NCBI GenBank assembly: GCA_000002435.2
Contig: CM018792.1
Reading direction: 5' to 3' (one strand)
Length of the DNA stretch: 64,000 bases
Origin: Giardia intestinalis
Taxonomy: Eukaryota
This document shows positions 17,361-25,500 of the stretch, piece by piece. The stretch's first letter is position 1. Each line of letters begins with the position of its first letter. The position numbers and the translations under genes are program-made. The notes under the pieces are model-generated. The model was given only the letters and a program-made list of their open reading frames with translations. It made no database searches and was not told the origin of the DNA.

Positions 17361-19223
17361 TCACATTCCCCTCTTTTTGGCTAAAGCAGCGCCAATAAGA
17401 CCTACAAACAAGGGATGAGGCTTTAGCGGCCTAGATAATAGCTCTGGATGAAATTGCACCCCCAAAAAGAAGTCCAAAGAAGGGATTTCCATGATCTCCA
17501 CTAACGAGCTCTCCGTAGAAAGTCCGCTGAACACTACCCCTGCTTCTTCGAATAGAGTCTTGTACCTGCCATTAAACTCATACCTATGCCTGTGCCGTTC
17601 ACGAATGTTCTTACACTGATAACACTTCTGCGCTAGAGTTCCGTTTAGCAAGGTACAATTGCATGCCCCTAAGCGCATGCTTCCTCCCGACCCCCGAATA
17701 AGTGTTGCCGCCAAGGGGTTTGCAGCCTTGACATCTTCTGATATGATTGTGGCTATGACGGGATTGGTGGTTTCGGGATCAAATTCGGTAGAGGTGGCGT
17801 CTTTGAGATTCAGCACATTGTTAGCAAATTCTATAGCCATGCATTGCATTCCAAGACATATTCCAAGAATGGGCTTATTATTTTGTCGACAGTATTTGAT
17901 GGCTTCAAGCTTCCCGCTAACTCCCCTGCTCCCAAATCCACCAGGAATAATGATGGCATCTACGTTTTCCAAAGTGACCGTCGCTGGAACAAAATTACTG
18001 GTCTCGGTGTGTAGTTTCTCCTCAAACTTAGCAGGCTCAGCGGATTGTGCTTTTGGTGCGGGCGTAGAAGAGGAGGCTCTGTCCGCTCCTTCACAGGTGT
18101 CGCTCACTATTGAAAGGATATCCACATAGCAGTTACTGTGAGCAGCTGCATGATGTATCGCTTCATATACCGAAATGTACGCGTCACGAAGCTCTACGTA
18201 CTTACCTACCAAGCCTATGCGGATATGTGATTTCTTATCATATTCCTTGCATGCCAGAGCATCACCTGTTGATAAAGTGGCCGGGTGAATAAATCTTTCA
18301 ACTATCTCGCTCCACTTATCAAGACTTGCTTCAGCTTCTTTCTCTGCTGTAGCCCTAATGGGTATTACGTTAAAGAGATTAAAAACAAGTGCAGGAACGT
18401 GCTTAATAAGTAATGGGAGCTGATAGATTGATTGTACGGTAAAATTTTCAATAACATGGTCCTTCGAAAGACCACAGGAATGCGCTAACTTAGCTATAGT
18501 CTCCTTTGGCAAATGGGTGTCTGTACGGCACACAAGAAAGTCTGGTTTTATGCCAACAGACAGAAGAGTCCGAACTGAGTGCTGTGTGGGCTTAGTCTTA
18601 AGTTCTTTTCCATTTGACAGTACCGGGATGTAGCTAACATGGAAGCTACAAGCATTGCATCTTCCCACATCATCAATAAGCTGGCGCATAGCCTCAAGAA
18701 ATGCCGTTGATTCCATATCACCGACAGTTCCCCCTATCTCTATTATCACAAACCGCTTTTGAGTGGAGGCCAGTGGAGCAGAATGCTTACGTTGAGGCTC
18801 TGAATTTTCTCCCGGTACGGTAGATATCAGTTCAAAGCACCGCATCCGCGCTTTGATTTCGTCAACTATCTGAGGAACTACCTGCACTGTCATGCCATTG
18901 TAGCCACCCTCACGTTCCCTCTGGATCACAGTAGAATAGATAGACCCGGTAGTGACGCTAGACAGTCTGGTGAGATTTGTATCCAAAAAACGTTCGTAGT
19001 GGCCTAAGTCCAAGTCTGTCTCTGCGCCATCGTCGGTAACAAAGACCTCACCATGCTGATATGGGGACATTAGTCCGGGATCAACGTTTATGTATGGATC
19101 GCACTTTTGCATCACAACGTCATATCCATAACTCTTGATGAGCATCCCCAATGAGGCAGCAAAGAGACCCTTTCCTATACCGGAAATAACTCCTCCGGTA
19201 ACGAAGATGTAGTACGTTTGCAT
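17361..19223 (-). CDS. CTPS: CTP synthase
   Basis: 'YIFVTGGVISGIGKGLFAASLG...KCDPYINVDPG...GEVFVTDDGAETDLDLGHYERFL' and the C-terminal GATase 'PILGICLGMQ'. Confidence 0.92.
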   Translation of the reverse strand: MQTYYIFVTGGVISGIGKGLFAASLGMLIKSYGYDVVMQKCDPYINVDPGLMSPYQHGEVFVTDDGAETDLDLGHYERFLDTNLTRLSSVTTGSIYSTVIQREREGGYNGMTVQVVPQIVDEIKARMRCFELISTVPGENSEPQRKHSAPLASTQKRFVIIEIGGTVGDMESTAFLEAMRQLIDDVGRCNACSFHVSYIPVLSNGKELKTKPTQHSVRTLLSVGIKPDFLVCRTDTHLPKETIAKLAHSCGLSKDHVIENFTVQSIYQLPLLIKHVPALVFNLFNVIPIRATAEKEAEASLDKWSEIVERFIHPATLSTGDALACKEYDKKSHIRIGLVGKYVELRDAYISVYEAIHHAAAHSNCYVDILSIVSDTCEGADRASSSTPAPKAQSAEPAKFEEKLHTETSNFVPATVTLENVDAIIIPGGFGSRGVSGKLEAIKYCRQNNKPILGICLGMQCMAIEFANNVLNLKDATSTEFDPETTNPVIATIISEDVKAANPLAATLIRGSGGSMRLGACNCTLLNGTLAQKCYQCKNIRERHRHRYEFNGRYKTLFEEAGVVFSGLSTESSLVEIMEIPSLDFFLGVQFHPELLSRPLKPHPLFVGLIGAALAKKRGM

Positions 19224-19293
19224 GAAATAGCAATTATTTTATTCCCTTTACTCCGCAATACCATTACCTTTCAATAAGGCGTCTAACCCGGCT

Positions 19294-19445
19294 GTGAATG
19301 AGGTGAATAATCATAGGATATCATATGAGGAAAATATTGTGGTACTTACTCTTACCGCAATTGCAAAGCGTGGGAGTGTCACAGAATATCCTGATTCCAC
19401 GTATGAGAACGGTGTCACAGCTCTCATAAGAGCTGCAAATAGGGG
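19294..19445 (+). pseudogene. Ankyrin-repeat gene stub (~50 aa) cut off at the start of a GC-rich block
   Basis: '...NGVTALIRAANRGEW' ankyrin unit. Composition switches abruptly at ~19445. Confidence 0.4.
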
Positions 19446-22430
19446 AGAGTGGAAACAGCAAGACTCCCGGCCCCCCTCCACGAAGGAGGCCAGGAGCCAG
19501 GGAGGGCTGACGCCGGAAGACAGCGGAGGCGCTTTGCATCAGCATCGCCAGGCCAACTGGGCTCTGTCAGCAGCACCAGGAACGGAGCGCCACAGGGCCA
19601 TGGTAAGGGCACGGGGTCGCGAGCATGGGAGAAGCACTCTGCCCAGCGCCTGCTTGCTTGGTAGGACCGGGCGCCAGAGGGGCATGTTGCCATCGGGGTA
19701 TCTCTGTCACTAATGCGCAGCGCATTGGAACACGTGCCTGGGGCCGCATCCCTTCGGCCGGGCAGACAGCCGCTAGGCTCGGCGTGAAGATGGAAGCCGT
19801 GATAGCGGACGCCGTCTCCCGGAGCAGCGCCCCCGCACAGAGCCGGCTATGCCGCGCTAGCTCGCTCGATAAGGGGCATGGGGGTCCCTTACGACGCCCT
19901 TCGGCATCTGCCGTGTCACAGGTACCCATGGCCACGAGCAGCACAGGGGACGCGGCTATGTGGGCAGGGTAGCGTATTCATGGAGGGGCAGCTGCTTCAC
20001 CTGTGCATGGCGGCGCCGGCCAGCACGTCTAGCTGCCCCACTGGCGACCACTCCTTCCCTGTGCTTGCCACAATGGGAGGGCACGTGCGCCCGTAGACCG
20101 GCAGATGCCGTGCTGGTCCTCTCGAGCAATATGCGCATCCTTGCGTGACATCCAGCGTGGACCAGATACCACGACCTGGGCCATCGCTACTGGCAAGGCA
20201 AGTGCTGGTTGCAGCAGGGACGCCCGCCGCCCTCCAAGATAGACCAGCGACCTGCGCACCAGCTGCTATGGGCCTAACCTGCCGGGAACCTGGATCACAG
20301 CGCACTTGTCAAGGCCGCACACTCATTTGCATACTCGCCGCTAGCGTTGGACAACTGCGAGGTGTCCGTCTCCGGCCGCGCTCGCCTTAGTGTTTGGTCC
20401 ATGGTGATACGCCTCAGCCGAGGAGGCTATCCGTACGCGGCAGTTCCCGGAGAGAAGGCAGGGGTGGCCGGCGGGCCTGGGAGATAGGATTAGCACTAGC
20501 GAGTCCAGCCATCGGCCCGGGTTGCACAAAGGACGCCTGTAGTGCCTCCCCGGCTTCTGAGCATGGAAGGGCTGTGGGGTCTGCAGATGAGACGGACGCT
20601 GCATTTTGATTTTATGTGTTTGTAGCAGCATAGTATTTATCGGGGTCTGCTCTGTCTGAAACCGAGAACATTCGCTTTCTTTCCTTATACAGGCTGGGAT
20701 CGATTGTAGAGGTGTACTGTGCAAACCGGTGGCGGTCAGCGTATCTACTATCCAAACAGATACTGCCTGCGTCCTCCTGTGGCAGACCACCACCAGGACC
20801 CAATCTACACAGCTACCCTGGGGCACCTGTCGGGCAATCATCACCTCCTGTCGAAGGATTGCTGTACGTCACACATCCTGAGTCGTCCATCGACCAGGTG
20901 GTGCCATAAGCTCTTGTCCCCTACTTGTCCACTCAATGCAGACTCTGAGCGCCGCCAGTTGCACTCACGTCTGCACTACTCATCTGGATGCCCCCCACTC
21001 TTCAAGAGCACATGCCCGCAGCCGATGCTCCGTATTACGAGAGGAGCCAGCCGGGCCACTGCGCTGTGCATAGCTCTCATGGGCGTATTGTTATGCGCGC
21101 CCAGCCTTTCCATCCATAAGTCACCACGCGGCTCTTTCCCACCGTCTCGCGTTCACACGTGTGCCGGCACCACCGAGCTTTTGTGGTCTCGAGTGGCCCT
21201 GATGCATGGAGCGCTTGCGCAAAGTCCTTCCACCACTGACCCAGGCCGACCCCTCGCAAGATCCTTAGCGGAGTTGCATCCGAGATGTGTGTCTGCGTTG
21301 CTGTCCAGGTGCATGTGCCGGCCCTGGTGCTTCTCACAAGCTTGCGAGCATCGAGCTGGCCTCTACCGAACCGTATCAGAAGTCAGCACCAGGATGTAGT
21401 CCCCTCGGTTGGGCTCTGCAGGCTCCCAGAGCTACACACCAAAAGGCCGTTTTTCTTTGGTTGTGCAGCGTGGGGAGATGCATCGAACTACCACACCCTC
21501 TCTGTGTGGCGTGTTTTACGGTGGGGGACGGGATCCCTGTGCTCACTGTCTATCTGCCCAGGGCCAGCCGCAGCCCGGGTTGACGATGACAAGCGAGCAT
21601 CACCTGGCTCCTTGTCAGCAGGTGGGAGATCCCGCCACCCTAGTGCCCACAACAAAGGGTGCCAATCACTGGCAGAAGGACAAGACACCCAGGCTCCCGT
21701 TCCTTCCACTGATGGTAGCCCACTATGAAGAGCCCTTTGCCGCCTGCACCAACAACCTCAGGCACTGTGGGTCCAAGTACTTCCATAGTGGACAGTGGTA
21801 GCACTATGATGATCTGGGATGATAGGAGTCCTAGTTCACTGGCTCAGGAGGCAGCACGCTTTGGGTGGTTCTTCCCTCTTGTCCAGATCTGGGAGGGCTG
21901 GCTGCCTTCTGAACCCCCTGGCACCTTGTTATGCGGTGGGAACTTTAGTAGTATTTAGTACACGAGATCAGAGCTATGCACACACCAGGCTAGAGAGTCT
22001 CATGGGCTTGCCTCCGTTGGTCCACGCTTCCACGGACCCGGTATCTCCTCCAGGGACCGCAAGAGAGCACAGAAGGCTGTGGCCAGGGAGCAAAAGCCCC
22101 TGGAGAGGAGATGCTAGCAGCTGTGCTACTGGAGCAGGAGGAGCATCGCTGCTCACTTAGGATTTCCTGGTTCCGCATGCACAGAGATCTCGGAGTCGGT
22201 GCCTGGCTGGGAGAGCAGGTTGTACAAGGGACGCGTTTGCTATCTAAATCTACACCTTGCCTCTGCAGAGGAAGCCAACGAATACTCCACAGCAATGTAC
22301 AAGAGTGCACCCCGACCAATCATTCCACAGGAGAGGTGCGATCTGAGCCTGGCCCTCACTGGTCCTGTTCCTACTGAAGCCAGGGGGAACTGCGCTATCA
22401 GCTGGCCTCCGGTTGGCGTGCTCCTGATTT
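19446..22430. other. ~3-kb GC-rich (~60%) block lacking any credible ORF. Identity unknown (a dead mobile element, rDNA-associated DNA or another junk insertion)
   Basis: Only short overlapping ORFs in all six frames. Bounded by the ankyrin stub on the left and the VSP promoter on the right. Atypical for this compact genome. Confidence 0.45.
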
Positions 22431-22544
22431 TATTCTTTTCCATCTAATTGATTTATCAAAAGGTAACAGTGGTTTGTCTACAACTTCTGGATTGATTACA
22501 AGCTTAATTGAAGAGAATGATAATCGAGTGTAAGCTTAAACTTA

Positions 22545-25500
22545 ATGTTAGCAGTAATTCTTTTAGCGTGCACAACGGTTCTAGCAGGAATCGTCCCGAA
22601 AACGGCCTGCAATCCAGAGATACCCGGCTGTGCGACGTGCACAACGACTGGGAGCGAGCAGACCTGCACAAGCTGTGCGACGGGCGGAGAGAAGGTCAGG
22701 CCGGACAAGAAGGGCTGCATCCCGCAGTGCCCTCCTGACGTGAGCACAGAGAGCGGTGAGTTCTGCGAGTGCAAGAGCACGCACCAGCCCTCGCCGGACG
22801 GGCAGACGTGTGTCCCGAAGACAGGGGCCTGCAATCCAGAGATACCCGGCTGTGCGACGTGCACAACGACTGGGAGCGAGCAGACCTGCACAAGCTGTGC
22901 GACGGGCGGAGAGAAGGTCAGGCCGGACAAGAAGGGCTGCATCCCGCAGTGCCCTCCTGACGTGAGCACAGAGAGCGGTGAGTTCTGCGAGTGCAAGAGC
23001 ACGCACCAGCCCTCGCCGGACGGGCAGACGTGTGTCCCGAAGACAGGGGCCTGCAATCCAGAGATACCCGGCTGTGCGACGTGCACAACGACTGGGAGCG
23101 AGCAGACCTGCACAAGCTGTGCGACGGGCGGAGAGAAGGTCAGGCCGGACAAGAAGGGCTGCATCCCGCAGTGCCCTCCTGACGTGAGCACAGAGAGCGG
23201 TGAGTTCTGCGAGTGCAAGAGCACGCACCAGCCCTCGCCGGACGGGCAGACGTGTGTCCCGAAGACAGGGGCCTGCAATCCAGAGATACCCGGCTGTGCG
23301 ACGTGCACAACGACTGGGAGCGAGCAGACCTGCACAAGCTGTGCGACGGGCGGAGAGAAGGTCAGGCCGGACAAGAAGGGCTGCATCCCGCAGTGCCCTC
23401 CTGACGTGAGCACAGAGAGCGGTGAGTTCTGCGAGTGCAAGAGCACGCACCAGCCCTCGCCGGACGGGCAGACGTGTGTCCCGAAGACAGGGGCCTGCAA
23501 TCCAGAGATACCCGGCTGTGCGACGTGCACAACGACTGGGAGCGAGCAGACCTGCACAAGCTGTGCGACGGGCGGAGAGAAGGTCAGGCCGGACAAGAAG
23601 GGCTGCATCCCGCAGTGCCCTCCTGACGTGAGCACAGAGAGCGGTGAGTTCTGCGAGTGCAAGAGCACGCACCAGCCCTCGCCGGACGGGCAGACGTGTG
23701 TCCCGAAGACAGGGGCCTGCAATCCAGAGATACCCGGCTGTGCGACGTGCACAACGACTGGGAGCGAGCAGACCTGCACAAGCTGTGCGACGGGCGGAGA
23801 GAAGGTCAGGCCGGACAAGAAGGGCTGCATCCCGCAGTGCCCTCCTGACGTGAGCACAGAGAGCGGTGAGTTCTGCGAGTGCAAGAGCACGCACCAGCCC
23901 TCGCCGGACGGGCAGACGTGTGTCCCGAAGACAGGGGCCTGCAATCCAGAGATACCCGGCTGTGCGACGTGCACAACGACTGGGAGCGAGCAGACCTGCA
24001 CAAGCTGTGCGACGGGCGGAGAGAAGGTCAGGCCGGACAAGAAGGGCTGCATCCCGCAGTGCCCTCCTGACGTGAGCACAGAGAGCGGTGAGTTCTGCGA
24101 GTGCAAGAGCACGCACCAGCCCTCGCCGGACGGGCAGACGTGTGTCCCGAAGACAGGGGCCTGCAATCCAGAGATACCCGGCTGTGCGACGTGCACAACG
24201 ACTGGGAGCGAGCAGACCTGCACAAGCTGTGCGACGGGCGGAGAGAAGGTCAGGCCGGACAAGAAGGGCTGCATCCCGCAGTGCCCTCCTGACGTGAGCA
24301 CAGAGAGCGGTGAGTTCTGCGAGTGCAAGAGCACGCACCAGCCCTCGCCGGACGGGCAGACGTGTGTCCCGAAGACAGGGGCCTGCAATCCAGAGATACC
24401 CGGCTGTGCGACGTGCACAACGACTGGGAGCGAGCAGACCTGCACAAGCTGTGCGACGGGCGGAGAGAAGGTCAGGCCGGACAAGAAGGGCTGCATCCCG
24501 CAGTGCCCTCCTGACGTGAGCACAGAGAGCGGTGAGTTCTGCGAGTGCAAGAGCACGCACCAGCCCTCGCCGGACGGGCAGACGTGTGTCCCGAAGACAG
24601 GGGCCTGCAATCCAGAGATACCCGGCTGTGCGACGTGCACAACGACTGGGAGCGAGCAGACCTGCACAAGCTGTGCGACGGGCGGAGAGAAGGTCAGGCC
24701 GGACAAGAAGGGCTGCATCCCGCAGTGCCCTCCTGACGTGAGCACAGAGAGCGGTGAGTTCTGCGAGTGCAAGAGCACGCACCAGCCCTCGCCGGACGGG
24801 CAGACGTGTGTCCCGAAGACAGGGGCCTGCAATCCAGAGATACCCGGCTGTGCGACGTGCACAACGACTGGGAGCGAGCAGACCTGCACAAGCTGTGCGA
24901 CGGGCGGAGAGAAGGTCAGGCCGGACAAGAAGGGCTGCATCCCGCAGTGCCCTCCTGACGTGAGCACAGAGAGCGGTGAGTTCTGCGAGTGCAAGAGCAC
25001 GCACCAGCCCTCGCCGGACGGGCAGACGTGTGTCCCGAAGACAGGGGCCTGCAATCCAGAGATACCCGGCTGTGCGACGTGCACAACGACTGGGAGCGAG
25101 CAGACCTGCACAAGCTGTGCGACGGGCGGAGAGAAGGTCAGGCCGGACAAGAAGGGCTGCATCCCGCAGTGCCCTCCTGACGTGAGCACAGAGAGCGGTG
25201 AGTTCTGCGAGTGCAAGAGCACGCACCAGCCCTCGCCGGACGGGCAGACGTGTGTCCCGAAGACAGGGGCCTGCAATCCAGAGATACCCGGCTGTGCGAC
25301 GTGCACAACGACTGGGAGCGAGCAGACCTGCACAAGCTGTGCGACGGGCGGAGAGAAGGTCAGGCCGGACAAGAAGGGCTGCATCCCGCAGTGCCCTCCT
25401 GACGTGAGCACAGAGAGCGGTGAGTTCTGCGAGTGCAAGAGCACGCACCAGCCCTCGCCGGACGGGCAGACGTGTGTCCCGAAGACAGGGGCCTGCAATC

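Noticed and set aside
21036-21045. 'TACGAGAGGA' resembling the LSU sarcin-ricin loop, plus 'GTGCATGGC' and 'CTGGTTCC' rRNA-like k-mers in the first GC-rich block
   Set aside because: These are isolated 8-10-mers without the surrounding conserved context (e.g. no GTCGTGAGACAG upstream). They are compatible with chance in 3 kb of GC-rich DNA, so I did not call rRNA here.
19449-22447. About 25 short ORFs (60-226 aa) in the 19.4-22.4 kb GC-rich block
   Set aside because: They overlap one another in all frames and have no motifs and no consistent strand. They are treated as non-coding. The block itself is reported as an anomaly.
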